Of a stretch of 64,000 bases of DNA, positions 16,721 to 28,293 are shown piece after piece. Origin of the DNA: Bacilli bacterium (GTDB taxonomy: Bacteria > Bacillota_I > Bacilli_A > RFN20 > CAG-288); contig CAAGLY010000013.1 in the NCBI GenBank assembly GCA_900770925.1, positions 182-64,181 of the forward strand, in the 5' to 3' direction. The notes beneath the pieces are model-generated. The model was not told the origin of the DNA. It was given only the letters and a program-made list of their open reading frames with translations, and did no database searches. Each line of letters starts with the position of its first letter. The first letter of the stretch is position 1. A program made the translations under genes and the position numbers.

Positions 16721-18223
16721 ATGACCGATAGGGATCAGATCAGCAATCTCATCAAGAAAGAGATTCAGAACTACGAAAGTAAAATCGAAACCGACGATGT
16801 CGGTAGCGTCATCTCCGTCGGAGATGGTATCGCAACAATCTACGGCCTTGATAAAGCAAGGTACGGAGAGCTCCTTTCCTTCCCGCATGATGTTTACGGA
16901 ATGGTCAGGAACCTGAACGAAGACAGTATCGGCTGCATTCTTTTAGGAAAAGATATCCTCATCGATGAAGGTGACAGCGTCAAACGGACAGGAAAAGTCG
17001 TCTCTGTTCCTGTCGGCGATGCTCTCTTAGGCCGTACCGTCAACGCCTTAGGAAGGCCGATTGACGGCTTAGGAGACATTAAGGCAGATGTCTATAATCC
17101 GATTGAAGCCCCGGCTCCTGGAATCAGGAAGCGGAAAAGCGTCAATGAGCCTCTCCAGACCGGTATCAAAGCCATCGATTCGATGATTCCGATTGGCAAA
17201 GGTCAGCGTGAATTGATTATCGGTGACCGTCAGACCGGTAAGACTGCTCTTGCTATCGATACCATCATCAACCAGAAAGGCAAGGATGTTATCTGCGTCT
17301 ACTGTGCAATCGGACAGAAGAACTCCACCATTGCCCAGATTGAGAGCAAACTGAAATCCTTCGATGCAAGGAAATACACGGTTATTGTCAATGCTTCAGC
17401 GAGCGAATCAGCTCCAAGGCTTTATGTCGCTCCTTATTCCGCTACCACCAGGGCTGAATACTGGAGGAATCAGGGCAAAGATGTTCTGATTGTCTACGAT
17501 GATCTCTCTAAGCATGCTGTCAGCTACCGTGCCTTATCCTTACTGCTTAAGCGTTCTCCGGGACGCGAAGCTTATCCAGGCGATATCTTCTATCTCCATT
17601 CCCGTCTGTTAGAGCGTTCCTGCAAATTAGATGAGAAATACGGAGGCGGTTCTCTTACTGCCCTTCCGATTGTCGAAACCCAGGCCGGAGATATTTCCGC
17701 CTACATCCCGACTAACGTCATTTCTATCACGGATGGCCAGATCTTCCTGACTACTGACCTGTTTAACCAGGGTCAGCGTCCGGCTGTCGATTCTGGTCTT
17801 TCTGTCTCCCGTGTCGGTTCTTCTGCCCAGTGGAAGGCAAGGAAGTCTGTTGCCTCCTCACTGAAGATTGAGCTTGCCAACTACAACGAAAGGCTAGACT
17901 TCTCCCGTTTCGGTTCGGATCTCGATAGTGTCACCCAGAATGTCTTAAAGCATGGTTCGGTCTTAAGGGAAGTCTTAAAGCAGAAGCAGTATTCGCCTCT
18001 CTCTAGGGCAGATGAGATTATCGATATCTATGTTGCCCAGTCTAAGGCGTTAGATGTTCTTCCGTTAGAGAAGATTCCTTCTGTCTTATCTCAGATCCGT
18101 CTGTCTGTCCATTCTCAGCATCCCGAAGCCATCAAGGACAGGGAAGAGACGAAGAAGCTTTCCGATGAGACAAAGAAAGTCATCAGTGAAGTCGCAAGCG
18201 ACATCCTTAGCGGAAGTCGTTAA
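16721..18223 (+). CDS. atpA: F0F1 ATP synthase subunit alpha
   Basis: 500 aa with Walker A GDRQTGKT, then [50 protein letters not shown]. Confidence 0.97.
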   Translation: MTDRDQISNLIKKEIQNYESKIETDDVGSVISVGDGIATIYGLDKARYGELLSFPHDVYGMVRNLNEDSIGCILLGKDILIDEGDSVKRTGKVVSVPVGDALLGRTVNALGRPIDGLGDIKADVYNPIEAPAPGIRKRKSVNEPLQTGIKAIDSMIPIGKGQRELIIGDRQTGKTALAIDTIINQKGKDVICVYCAIGQKNSTIAQIESKLKSFDARKYTVIVNASASESAPRLYVAPYSATTRAEYWRNQGKDVLIVYDDLSKHAVSYRALSLLLKRSPGREAYPGDIFYLHSRLLERSCKLDEKYGGGSLTALPIVETQAGDISAYIPTNVISITDGQIFLTTDLFNQGQRPAVDSGLSVSRVGSSAQWKARKSVASSLKIELANYNERLDFSRFGSDLDSVTQNVLKHGSVLREVLKQKQYSPLSRADEIIDIYVAQSKALDVLPLEKIPSVLSQIRLSVHSQHPEAIKDREETKKLSDETKKVISEVASDILSGSR

Positions 18224-18242
18224 TTAATCATAAAGGAAAGTC

Positions 18243-19118
18243 ATGGCAGAATCCTTAATCAATACCAAACGGCGAATCAACACCATCTCCTCTACCGAAA
18301 AGATCACCAAAGCAAGGAAGCTTGTCGCCTCGGTAAAATACCAGCGCTGGAAGAAAAGGTACGTTTCTAACCTTGAATATGCCAAAGAGAGGGAAGAGAC
18401 AAGGTACTCAGCTTTAGCCTGCCTGACTGAAAAGGACAAGAAGCCGAAAACTAGGCTGCCCCACAATGAATCCAAGAAGAGACTCTTTATTGTCAGGACA
18501 TCGACCCTTGGATTGTGCGGCGCCTATAACTACAGTATCTTCAAAAGGCTTGATCCTGTTCTGACCGAAGAGGACGAACTTCTTCTTATCGGAACGAAGG
18601 GTATCAGCCATTATCAGAACAGATCCTATGAGAAGATTGAGGATTACCAGGACTTAAGGAACCGTTTCTCCTTCGGACAGGTCAAGCATCTCCGCCACCA
18701 GACTATCCGCCTGTACAAGACAGGAAAGTATAAGGAAATCCATCTCGTCTATACCCACTATAAGAACTCCCTGAACTTCATTCCGAAGGATGAGATTCTT
18801 CTCCCCTTCTCTCCGAACAGGGAAGAAGCCGATAACCGGAAGAAAGACTATCCGCCGATTCTTGAACCAAACAAAGAGGAGGTCCTTAATAGGACCATCG
18901 CCCACTATCTTGATTCCTTAAGGTATCAGAAACTCGTGGAAAGCGAAATCTCGGAGCTCTGCTCACGCCGCAATGCCAGGGAAACCGCAACCGACTCGGC
19001 AGAACAGATCAGAGGCGAACTCAGGATTCAGTACAACAAGAGCCGTCAGAATGCAATTACACAGGAAATCACCGAGGTGGTTGCCGGTGCAAACGCAGGA
19101 AAGAAAAAAGAAGATTAG
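18243..19118 (+). CDS. atpG: F0F1 ATP synthase subunit gamma
   Basis: 291 aa. The N-terminus (IKRRINTISSTEKITKA) and C-terminus (NKSRQNAITQEITEVVAGA) are the conserved gamma helices. Confidence 0.9.
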   Translation: MAESLINTKRRINTISSTEKITKARKLVASVKYQRWKKRYVSNLEYAKEREETRYSALACLTEKDKKPKTRLPHNESKKRLFIVRTSTLGLCGAYNYSIFKRLDPVLTEEDELLLIGTKGISHYQNRSYEKIEDYQDLRNRFSFGQVKHLRHQTIRLYKTGKYKEIHLVYTHYKNSLNFIPKDEILLPFSPNREEADNRKKDYPPILEPNKEEVLNRTIAHYLDSLRYQKLVESEISELCSRRNARETATDSAEQIRGELRIQYNKSRQNAITQEITEVVAGANAGKKKED

Positions 19119-20558
<1,440 letters not shown>

Positions 20559-20567
20559 TCCAGAGCC

Positions 20568-20978
20568 ATGGATACGTTTACTCTTGTCCTATTAGAGCCA
20601 TCCCAGGAGAAGACGATTGATAAGGTGGAAGAGCTCCTTGTCAAAACCAGCGATGGAGAGAGGGGAATCCTCAGCCATCATATCGATCTTCTTGCGAATC
20701 TGGTCATCTCCGAAAGGAATGTCAAGTACAATAACGCCTGGCATCGTTATGCTATCGGCGGAGGCTCGCTCCGTTTCTCGCAGAAAGAGAACAAAGGCGT
20801 TCTCTGCTTATCTTCCTTCGAGGAAGACAAGGATATTGATTTAGTCCGGGCCGAGAAAGCAAAGAAAGAAGCCGAAGACAGGCTGAAGCAGCAGATCAGT
20901 CTTGTGGAAGAGAAGAAATTCCAGATCCGGCTTGCCCGTGCTGTGAACCGAATCAAGGTCAAAAATTCGGAAAAATAG
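20568..20978 (+). CDS. atpC: F0F1 ATP synthase subunit epsilon
   Basis: 136 aa with a beta-sandwich N-terminus (GILSHH..L) and a helical C-terminus (RAEKAKKEAEDRL). It is the last gene of the operon. Confidence 0.85.
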   Translation: MDTFTLVLLEPSQEKTIDKVEELLVKTSDGERGILSHHIDLLANLVISERNVKYNNAWHRYAIGGGSLRFSQKENKGVLCLSSFEEDKDIDLVRAEKAKKEAEDRLKQQISLVEEKKFQIRLARAVNRIKVKNSEK

Positions 20979-20985
20979 AGAAAAC

Positions 20986-21027
20986 AGGGCCTCTAACCGC
21001 TTTAATCGCGGATAGAAGGCCCTTTTC
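20986..21027 (+). terminator. intrinsic terminator of the atp operon
   Basis: The outer stem agggcc (20986-20991) pairs with ggccct (21018-21023), and the inner stem ccgc pairs with gcgg. A T-run follows. Confidence 0.5.
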
Positions 21028-21081
21028 CTTTCCATCAGGAACAAGAAAAATTATAATGTTATTGCTTAGGAGGTTTTTTCC

Positions 21082-21573
21082 GTGAAAAAATTCGATAACA
21101 TTTCCTGGGATGAATATTTTAGGTCCATCGCTCTTCTCTCTTCTCTCCGCAGTAAGGATCCCCATACGAAAGTCGGCGCCTGTATTGTCTCTCCTGAGCA
21201 TAAGGTCCTCTCTCTTGGCTATAACGGAAGGCCGATCGGTGTTGATGACAAGGAGATTCCCTGGGCCGGCTCGAACGAAGGACGCAGCCTACTTGATTCC
21301 AAGTATCCTTATGTCTGTCATGCTGAACTGAATGCAATCCTGAACTCGAACCATGTCCTGACCGGATCGACAATCTATGTCACTCTCTTCCCCTGCAATG
21401 AATGCACCAAGGCAATCATCCAGTCCGGAATCAAGAAAGTCATCTTCCTCGATGATAAGTATCATGATACCGATAGCGGAGTCGCTGCCCGGAAAAGGTT
21501 AGATAGGGCCAAGATTCCTTACGAGAAATACGAAGGAAGAGTTCCTTCTATCAGCTTCGGACATGAAGAATAA
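21082..21573 (+). CDS. comEB: dCMP deaminase (ComEB family)
   Basis: 163 aa with zinc motifs CHAELNAI and PCNECTKAI. The start is a GTG preceded by TAGGAGGT. Confidence 0.88.
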   Translation: MKKFDNISWDEYFRSIALLSSLRSKDPHTKVGACIVSPEHKVLSLGYNGRPIGVDDKEIPWAGSNEGRSLLDSKYPYVCHAELNAILNSNHVLTGSTIYVTLFPCNECTKAIIQSGIKKVIFLDDKYHDTDSGVAARKRLDRAKIPYEKYEGRVPSISFGHEE

Positions 21574-21814
21574 CACGAACTACCATACCCGTTTCCCCTT
21601 AAAGCGCTGCCTGATTGCCTCTTTAGTCATCCTTCTCTGTGCAGCGATGGTCTTAGGGCTTCTTTATGCCGTCATCAAGAACGAACAGATTACCGATAAA
21701 AGCTGGATATTTGTTTTAGTCTGGGGGATTGTCTTCCTGACTAGGCTTATTGTCTACTGGGTCAGACAGATCCTTTTATTCATTCATACAAGACATGATG
21801 AGAACAAAAAATAG
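21563..21814 (+). CDS. small two-TM membrane protein
   Basis: 83 aa with two hydrophobic helices. It overlaps comEB by 11 nt and ecfA1 by 20 nt, suggesting translational coupling. Confidence 0.5.
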   Translation: MKNNTNYHTRFPLKRCLIASLVILLCAAMVLGLLYAVIKNEQITDKSWIFVLVWGIVFLTRLIVYWVRQILLFIHTRHDENKK

Positions 21815-22676
21815 AACCGAAGAATTATTGAAAAGAGATGCGCATATACCAGAAGATTCCGAGATCTGTCTCGAGCATCTTTCTTTTGGCTATGACGATA
21901 ACACCCTTGCGGTGAAAGATGTCTCCTTTAGCATCAAGAAAGGAGAATATGTCTCCGTTATCGGACATAACGGATCTGGCAAATCTACTCTCTCTAAACT
22001 GATTGACGGCATCCTGGTTCAGAATCAGGGGGAAATCTATATCGACGGCATCAGAAGGACGGATGATAACGCCCTTCTTTTACGGAAGAAGATTGCCCTA
22101 GTCTTCCAGAATCCGGACAGTCAGTTCATCGGAGCGACAGTCCGGGATGATATCGCCTTCGGATTAGAGAATGAATGCGTTCCGAATGAAAAGAGGAACG
22201 AAATCATCGAGAAGAGTGCAAAAGAGGTCGGAAGGGAAGAGTATCTCGACCGGGAACCATCCAATCTTTCCGGAGGACAGAAGCAGAGAGTCGCGATTGC
22301 TGACTGTATCGCCCGCCACCCGGAAATCCTCATCATGGATGAAGCCGGTGCCATGCTTGATCCGAAAGGAAAGAGCGAAATCCGGAAGATCATTTATGAA
22401 CGGAAGAAAAGCAATCCGGATCTGACTATCCTCAACATCACCCATGAAATCGATGAAGCCTATGATTCCGACCGTGTCTTAGTGAGGAACCAAGGTTCCT
22501 TAGTCTTAGACGGATCCCCGGAAGAGGTCTTCCAGGATGATGCCTTCCTTTCCTCTATCCATCTCGATATTCCTTTTGCCCACAAGCTGAACAAGAAGCT
22601 TAAGGAACTCGGACTAGACTATGGGAAGGTCAAGAGCGATAAGGAGCTCAGGGAGAAGATATGTCAATCTCGTTAA
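21795..22676 (+). CDS. ecfA1: ECF transporter ATPase EcfA1
   Basis: Walker A GHNGSGKST, signature LSGGQKQRVAIA, Walker B ILIMDEA. The start is set at ATGATG at 21795. The ecfA1-ecfA2-ecfT-truA order matches Firmicutes. Confidence 0.9.
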   Translation: MMRTKNRTEELLKRDAHIPEDSEICLEHLSFGYDDNTLAVKDVSFSIKKGEYVSVIGHNGSGKSTLSKLIDGILVQNQGEIYIDGIRRTDDNALLLRKKIALVFQNPDSQFIGATVRDDIAFGLENECVPNEKRNEIIEKSAKEVGREEYLDREPSNLSGGQKQRVAIADCIARHPEILIMDEAGAMLDPKGKSEIRKIIYERKKSNPDLTILNITHEIDEAYDSDRVLVRNQGSLVLDGSPEEVFQDDAFLSSIHLDIPFAHKLNKKLKELGLDYGKVKSDKELREKICQSR

Positions 22677-23575
22677 AGAACATCTACTATACCTATGACC
22701 GAGGAACTCCGGCTGAGAAGGAAGCTCTCCGTGACAGGAATCTGATCTTTAATGATCACTGCTTCACTGCCTTAATCGGACGTACCGGTTCCGGAAAGTC
22801 AACTCTCATCCAGCATCTTAACGGATTACTGCTTCCGGATTCCGGAATCGTCGATGCCAACGGATATGTCATCGACAGGACTTTGGAATATAAGAAAAAC
22901 GGAAAAGTCGATGTCCGGGCAAGGAAGAAGAAACACAAGAAGAAGCAGAAAGACATCAAGAGGTTACGTAAACGGGTCGGTCTTGTCTTCCAGTTCCCTG
23001 AATATCAGATTTTCGAGGATTCGGTCGTAAAGGATGTCTCCTATGGTCCGAAGAACTTCGGAAGGAGTGAAGAGGAGGCGAAGAAAGAAGCCAAGACAGC
23101 TCTTAGAAGGGTCGGACTCGATGAGTCATTCGATGAACGCTCTCCCTTTGAGCTCTCCGGCGGAGAGAAGCGCAGAGTCGCTATCGCCGGCATCTTAGCC
23201 CTTAAGCCGGATGTCTTAGTCCTAGATGAACCGACAGTCGGACTTGATGCGAAAGGCGAGAAAGATTTAAGGTCGCTTCTTGTCTCCCTCCATGAAAAAG
23301 GAACCAGCATTATCATAGCCACCCATAACAGGGATGTCGTCCTCTCCTATTGTGACCGGGCGATTGTCTTAAACTATGGAGAGATTGTCAAGGACTGCAC
23401 TCCGCTTGAACTCTTCCGTGACTCCGAATTCAGGGAGAAATCCTTCCTCGAACCGCCGAAAGTCTTCCGCTTTGCTCTCGACTTAAAGAACAGCGGAATT
23501 GATATTGATTTAAATCGTATAAAAGACACTTCTTCTTTAGCGGAAGAAATTGTCCGTGTGAAAGGAGGCAAGTAG
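22661..23575 (+). CDS. ecfA2: ECF transporter ATPase EcfA2
   Basis: Walker A GRTGSGKST, then VGLVFQFPEYQ, signature LSGGEKRRVAIA, Walker B VLVLDEP. Confidence 0.9.
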   Translation: MSISLKNIYYTYDRGTPAEKEALRDRNLIFNDHCFTALIGRTGSGKSTLIQHLNGLLLPDSGIVDANGYVIDRTLEYKKNGKVDVRARKKKHKKKQKDIKRLRKRVGLVFQFPEYQIFEDSVVKDVSYGPKNFGRSEEEAKKEAKTALRRVGLDESFDERSPFELSGGEKRRVAIAGILALKPDVLVLDEPTVGLDAKGEKDLRSLLVSLHEKGTSIIIATHNRDVVLSYCDRAIVLNYGEIVKDCTPLELFRDSEFREKSFLEPPKVFRFALDLKNSGIDIDLNRIKDTSSLAEEIVRVKGGK

Positions 23576-23576
23576 C

Positions 23577-24461
23577 ATGAAGCTTCCTTTAGGAAAATAT
23601 AACTCTTACAATACCTTCCTCCATCGCAGGGATGCCCGAATCAAGCTCGTTGGCATGGTCATCAGGATGGTTGCTGTATTCTTATCCTACGGAAACCAAT
23701 ATAGGGGACTTGTCGTCAGGCTAGGCTTATTTATTATCCTTATGGCGCTATCCATCTTCGGAAAAGCGAGCTTTTCCCGTCTTTTCTCTTCCCTTAAAGT
23801 CCTCTGGATGATGATTCTGATTCTCATCGTCATCAACATCTTCCTTCCGAAATATTCAAGGGAACAGATTCAGGAAAAAGGATTAGCGATTGCCTTCAGG
23901 ATCAAATCCATACCTGTTACCTATGCCACCATCATCAACATTGTCTATGTCATTGTCCGTCTTGTCTTAGTGCTTAGGCTGACCAATATCTTTACGGCAA
24001 CCACTAAGCCTAGGGACAGGACTAACGCCAGGGAGTGGCTCTTAGCTCCCCTAAAACTCCTTTTTATCCCAGTCCATAAGATAGCAAGGTCCATTTCCCT
24101 TGCTCTCCGTTTCATTCCGACTCTGACAGAGGAAACGGATCGGATCAGGAAAGCCCAGGCAAGCCGCGGTGTTGACTTCCAGCAGGGAAAATTCAAGGAA
24201 AAGAGGAAGTCCCTCATTTCCTTAATCATCCCTCTTTTCAGGTCTGCTTTCTCTATCTCGGGAGAACTTGCCGATGCCAGGGAATCAAGAGGATATGATC
24301 CCAATGCCAAACGGACAAGATACCGCGCCTTCAACTGGTCTCTCCGCGATACTTTAGGGGTTATCTTCCTAGCTGCAAGGCTGGCTTCTAGGATCTATCT
24401 TGCCATCAGGAAGTTCGATAGGTTTGCCTACTTAGGCGTCAATCTTCCTAAGATTAGCTAA
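23577..24461 (+). CDS. ecfT: ECF transporter transmembrane component EcfT
   Basis: 294 aa and polytopic, with coupling-helix region ALRFIPTL.EE.DRI.KAQASRG typical of EcfT/CbiQ. Confidence 0.88.
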   Translation: MKLPLGKYNSYNTFLHRRDARIKLVGMVIRMVAVFLSYGNQYRGLVVRLGLFIILMALSIFGKASFSRLFSSLKVLWMMILILIVINIFLPKYSREQIQEKGLAIAFRIKSIPVTYATIINIVYVIVRLVLVLRLTNIFTATTKPRDRTNAREWLLAPLKLLFIPVHKIARSISLALRFIPTLTEETDRIRKAQASRGVDFQQGKFKEKRKSLISLIIPLFRSAFSISGELADARESRGYDPNAKRTRYRAFNWSLRDTLGVIFLAARLASRIYLAIRKFDRFAYLGVNLPKIS

Positions 24462-24466
24462 TCAAG

Positions 24467-25207
24467 ATGAATATCTTTCTCCGTATTGCATTTAACGGGG
24501 CAACCTTCTATGGAACCCAAAAACAGAAGGATAAGCCGACCATTCAGGGGCTTTTCGAAGAACTGCTTTCGAAGATCTATACGGTCCCTGTCAAGGTAAC
24601 GATATCTTCCCGGCTAGACCGGTTTGTCTCCGCCATGGACTTCGGTCTGAGTTTCTTCTCTCCGAGTGACCGCTATAGCCTAGACTATCTGTCTTATTAT
24701 CTAAGAAGAAGGCTTCCTTCTTCCGTTGTCCTGCTCTCTATCGAAGAGAAAGAGGATGATTTCTCTGCCCGCTACTCGGTCAAAGAGAAAACCTATCAGT
24801 ACCTGATTCAGAATAGCGGTAGAGTCAATCCGCTCTTCACTCCTTTTTCATTCGTCCCGAGAAAGAAGCTGGATGAAGAGAAAAGGCGTGAGGCTCTTTC
24901 TCTCTTCCCTGGCATCCACGACTTCTCTTCTTTCTCTGTTCCGGAAGAAGATGACCAATGCATCCTTAAACTGAATAAAGCAGCAAGGAAGCAGAAAAAT
25001 GATAGGTTAATCCTGACTTTCAAAGGAAAATCCTTTCTCCGTTATCAGATCCGGTGCAGGGTAGGAGCCTGCATCCAATACCAGGAAGGGAAGCTGACTA
25101 AGGAAGAAATCAACGCCATGCTTTCCGGGGAAGAAAGAGACTATCAGAAAAGGAAAGCAGAGGCCAAAGGCCTAATCCTGATAAAAACCGAATATGACCG
25201 GAAATAA
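24467..25207 (+). CDS. truA: tRNA pseudouridine synthase A, divergent
   Basis: 246 aa. The N-terminus IAFNGATFYGTQKQ matches TruA (Y.G..F.G.Q.Q), and an Asp is retained in SRLDRFVSA where GRTDxGVHA is expected. Its position after ecfT is conserved. Confidence 0.65.
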   Translation: MNIFLRIAFNGATFYGTQKQKDKPTIQGLFEELLSKIYTVPVKVTISSRLDRFVSAMDFGLSFFSPSDRYSLDYLSYYLRRRLPSSVVLLSIEEKEDDFSARYSVKEKTYQYLIQNSGRVNPLFTPFSFVPRKKLDEEKRREALSLFPGIHDFSSFSVPEEDDQCILKLNKAARKQKNDRLILTFKGKSFLRYQIRCRVGACIQYQEGKLTKEEINAMLSGEERDYQKRKAEAKGLILIKTEYDRK

Positions 25208-25248
25208 AGCTTTCCTTTCTCGGTAAATTGATATAATATTCTTTAGCC

Positions 25249-25932
25249 ATGAAACACAATTCGCAGCGTAAACAGAATTTCATCGAAGTCTGGCATCAGT
25301 ACTTCCGGAAGGAAGACGCTTTGCTGATTCCGAATATCCTCTGTTACTTCCGTATTGCTCTAATCGCTGTGTTCCTGGCCTTATACTTCTATCCGATTAC
25401 TATCGCCGGAAACCGGTATGCAAACATCTATCTTTCCGCAGGCATCCTTGCTATCGCTTCCTACACCGACTTCATCGATGGCTTCATCGCCCGCACCTAC
25501 GATAGGAAATCTCCTTTAGGTTCCATCCTCGATCCAAGGGCAGACAAGCTCCTTCAGGCTGCTATTGCCTGCTCCTTAGTCGCTAAGCTCTACACTTTCC
25601 CTGCAGTCGATCTGATGCTCGGTGTCTTCCTTCTTAAGGAGTTCACCTTAAGGGGACAGGATGTCCACAGGGCGCAGAAAAAGAGGAGCTTCGGAAAAGC
25701 ACGCTGGTACGGGAAAGTCTCCACCTTCATCTTCTATCTTAGGCTGGCGGTCCTGCTCTTCTCCGGACCTAGGCTTGAAGACTGTTCACATTATCAGCGC
25801 CATCTGGTGATTGATTCCTTAGCTACGGTCGCTATTGTCTTCCTTCTCATCGCCCTAGTTGGCTATATCGGATTAGAATATAAGAGGATAAAAGAGGATA
25901 AAGCCTCGAAAAAAGGAGAAACACATGATTAA
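25249..25932 (+). CDS. pgsA: CDP-alcohol phosphatidyltransferase (PgsA-like)
   Basis: It carries the signature DFIDGFIARTYDRKSPLGSILDP.ADKL, which fits D-x2-DG-x2-AR-x8-G-x3-D-x3-D, plus several TM helices. Confidence 0.75.
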   Translation: MKHNSQRKQNFIEVWHQYFRKEDALLIPNILCYFRIALIAVFLALYFYPITIAGNRYANIYLSAGILAIASYTDFIDGFIARTYDRKSPLGSILDPRADKLLQAAIACSLVAKLYTFPAVDLMLGVFLLKEFTLRGQDVHRAQKKRSFGKARWYGKVSTFIFYLRLAVLLFSGPRLEDCSHYQRHLVIDSLATVAIVFLLIALVGYIGLEYKRIKEDKASKKGETHD

Positions 25933-26410
25933 GATTTATAGGTCTCCGAGCTGTTCAAGCTGCCGCAAAGTCAAATTCTGGTTCGACCAGCATAAGATTC
26001 CCTATGAGGAAGTCAATATCCTCAAACACGAACTGACCGAAGAGGATTTAAAGGATAGGCTCAATAAGTCCTTAGACGGAACCGATGAAATCATCTCTAC
26101 CCGCTCTAAGGTCATTCAGGAAAAGAAAATCGATATCGATTCAAGGTCCTTCAAAGAGCTTCTCGCCTTCATCAAAGAGAATCCGACTGTCTTAAAGCGC
26201 CCGATTATCGTCAACGATTCCTCTATCCAGGTCGGATATAACGCCGATGAGATTGAAATCTTCGAGCGGGACAAGCAGGCATACAAGAAAGCGCGTCACA
26301 TCGCCAAGGAGACCTGCAGCGAAGAGAACTGCCCGAACTACAAAGACTGCGTCCATCGCTTTGCCGACCGCATCAAGCATACTTCTTCCTGCGAAGGCGA
26401 CTGCAAATAG
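25925..26410 (+). CDS. spx: Spx/ArsC-family redox regulator with Cys-rich C-terminal tail
   Basis: It begins MIKIYRSPSCSSCRKVKFWF, carrying the CxxC, and has the Spx-like core LKRPIIV. An extra tail of about 30 aa holds 5 Cys. Confidence 0.8.
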   Translation: MIKIYRSPSCSSCRKVKFWFDQHKIPYEEVNILKHELTEEDLKDRLNKSLDGTDEIISTRSKVIQEKKIDIDSRSFKELLAFIKENPTVLKRPIIVNDSSIQVGYNADEIEIFERDKQAYKKARHIAKETCSEENCPNYKDCVHRFADRIKHTSSCEGDCK

Positions 26411-26420
26411 AAAAGCACTT

Positions 26421-26456
26421 AAAAAGCCCATTCTTCGTATGAAGGTGGGCTTTTTC
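26421..26456. terminator. bidirectional intrinsic terminator between spx and the CYTH gene
   Basis: Stem agccca (26425-26430) pairs with tgggct (26446-26451), with inner pairing cttc/gaag. An A-run precedes it and a T-run follows. Confidence 0.6.
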
Positions 26457-26468
26457 TGTGTGAGATTT

Positions 26469-27053
26469 CTACTTTACTTCTAAGGCAGCGTTGATCGCGC
26501 GGGTTTCCTTAGAAAGATTATTGAGCTTGAACCCGATATCGAAGTTCTCGCAGATTTCCTGAAGCGTATTCTGACTCTTAACGGCAGAATCGGAGTCGCA
26601 CTCTAATTCATAGTCGACTTTCTTTCCGTATTCATTCTTGGAGATATCTAAGTCCGTATCCTTGTAGACAGCTTCCCGGCGATGGGTAGTCAGCTCAGCA
26701 AGGATGGAAAGATTAGCAGAAGGAAGATGGAGGGTATCAAGGAAGTCCGCAATATCTCCGCGCGGGAAGATGTTGTGGCTGATTAAGCTATCGGCCTCTT
26801 TCTGGCTAAGATGCTGGTTTTTCTCAAGCAGACCTTCAGAAAGAGGAGCTTTCCTTGTCAGAACAAAATCATCCTGAGTCTTACGGAGACGGATAACCCT
26901 TCCGTACTTCTTCAGCCTGCGATCTTTGCTATCCCTATAGTAGTTAGTCTGAACGATTTCCTTTTCGGAAAAGCCAAGTTTAGAGACTAACCGATCGTAG
27001 TCCTTCTTCGAAAGCAGAATCTTCGACTCGATTTCAATTTTATTGCTTGCCAT
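26469..27053 (-). CDS. CYTH-domain protein (YjbK-like triphosphatase)
   Basis: 194 aa with the N-terminal EIESKILL (ExExK) motif of CYTH. It is adjacent to nadK, as yjbK is to ppnKA in Bacillus. Confidence 0.75.
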   Translation of the reverse strand: MASNKIEIESKILLSKKDYDRLVSKLGFSEKEIVQTNYYRDSKDRRLKKYGRVIRLRKTQDDFVLTRKAPLSEGLLEKNQHLSQKEADSLISHNIFPRGDIADFLDTLHLPSANLSILAELTTHRREAVYKDTDLDISKNEYGKKVDYELECDSDSAVKSQNTLQEICENFDIGFKLNNLSKETRAINAALEVK

Positions 27054-27118
27054 AATTTACCTCGGAACTCGTCTCTATATGATACAATAATTGCAGAAAA
27101 ATAGAAAGCGGAGAGAAG

Positions 27119-27892
27119 ATGAAAGGAACGACTTTTACCATTCATTCCAAGAAATACGAACATCACGAGGGGCTGTGCAAGAAGAGGCAGGCCCAATTGA
27201 TCAGCAAGGGCTTTTCTCTCGACGATAATAACCCCGATCTCATTATCGTTATCGGCGGAGACGGCACCTTTCTAAGAGAAATCCGTGCCCGTGAATTCAA
27301 AGGAAGATATATCCTATTAAATACCGGACACCTTGGTTTCTTCGCCGATTATGATATCGATGAGACAAATAGACTGCTTACTGCCATCATCGAGAAAGAA
27401 CCGGAAGAGGAAAAGCTTACCTTAGGAAAAATCACCAATTCAGCTGGCTTAGAAGATTACTATCTCAACGATGTCTGCATCGAAAGCCTGAAAACCTGCT
27501 GGGTAACCGCTAAGATTGACGGAGAGGTGCTGACCAATATCCGGGGAAACGGAATCGTCGTCTCAACCCCGATTGGTGCGTCTGGATATTCGGCAAGCCT
27601 TGGATCCCCCTTTAGGATCGGTACGCCGCCCGTCTATCAGTTCGCAACAATCGCGCCCTGCTATAACCGCTTATCCTTGAATCCGATCAATAAAGCAATC
27701 ATCAGCAACAATAAAATTCTCTCCATTGAACTGAAAGGCAAGAGGATTCCGGTATTAGACGGAATTCCGCAAGGCAAACTCAGAGATAATAAGTTCATCT
27801 TCACTCCTCAGTCCGATAAGCAGCTGACTCTGCTTCACTTCCGTAAATTAAATGAAATCAGGCGATTAAGAGAAAGGATCTCAGGAAAATAA
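27119..27892 (+). CDS. nadK: NAD kinase
   Basis: 257 aa with IGGDGTFL, NDVCIE and GNGIVVSTPIGASGYSASLGSP motifs. Confidence 0.9.
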   Translation: MKGTTFTIHSKKYEHHEGLCKKRQAQLISKGFSLDDNNPDLIIVIGGDGTFLREIRAREFKGRYILLNTGHLGFFADYDIDETNRLLTAIIEKEPEEEKLTLGKITNSAGLEDYYLNDVCIESLKTCWVTAKIDGEVLTNIRGNGIVVSTPIGASGYSASLGSPFRIGTPPVYQFATIAPCYNRLSLNPINKAIISNNKILSIELKGKRIPVLDGIPQGKLRDNKFIFTPQSDKQLTLLHFRKLNEIRRLRERISGK

Positions 27893-27893
27893 T

Positions 27894-28292
27894 ATGGGTG
27901 GAAACGATACAAATAAAACGTTAGGGATGCCGACTTATGTCTATGTCATCATTATCTGTGTGGCTGCAGTTCTTCTTGCTGTCGCAATCTTCTTTATTCT
28001 CCGCAATGCCAGCAAGAAAAAGAAGATCCGCCTCTCCAACGAACAGGCAGACAAGAAGGTAGAAGACAGTGCAAAGACAGTTTCCTCCGCTTTCGGAGGG
28101 AAAGAAAATATCCTGAATATCTCTTCTCAGGGTTCAAGAGTCTCCATTACCTTAAAGGATATCAGCCTTGCTGACAAAGAGAAAATCAACTCTCAGTTCC
28201 AGGATGCTAGGTACAGGGGAAACAAAATCATCTTAGTCATCGGCTCTAAATCCGAAGAATTCAGGAAGAAATTAGAAGAAGACAGGAAATAA
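27894..28292 (+). CDS. membrane-anchored PTS EIIB-like (glucose-family) domain protein lacking the catalytic Cys
   Basis: 132 aa with one TM helix. SSAFGGKENILNISSQGSRVSITLKD aligns with the EIIB motif (l..lGG..Ni....hCaTRLR..l.D), but Ser replaces Cys. Confidence 0.45.
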   Translation: MGGNDTNKTLGMPTYVYVIIICVAAVLLAVAIFFILRNASKKKKIRLSNEQADKKVEDSAKTVSSAFGGKENILNISSQGSRVSITLKDISLADKEKINSQFQDARYRGNKIILVIGSKSEEFRKKLEEDRK

Positions 28293-28293
28293 A

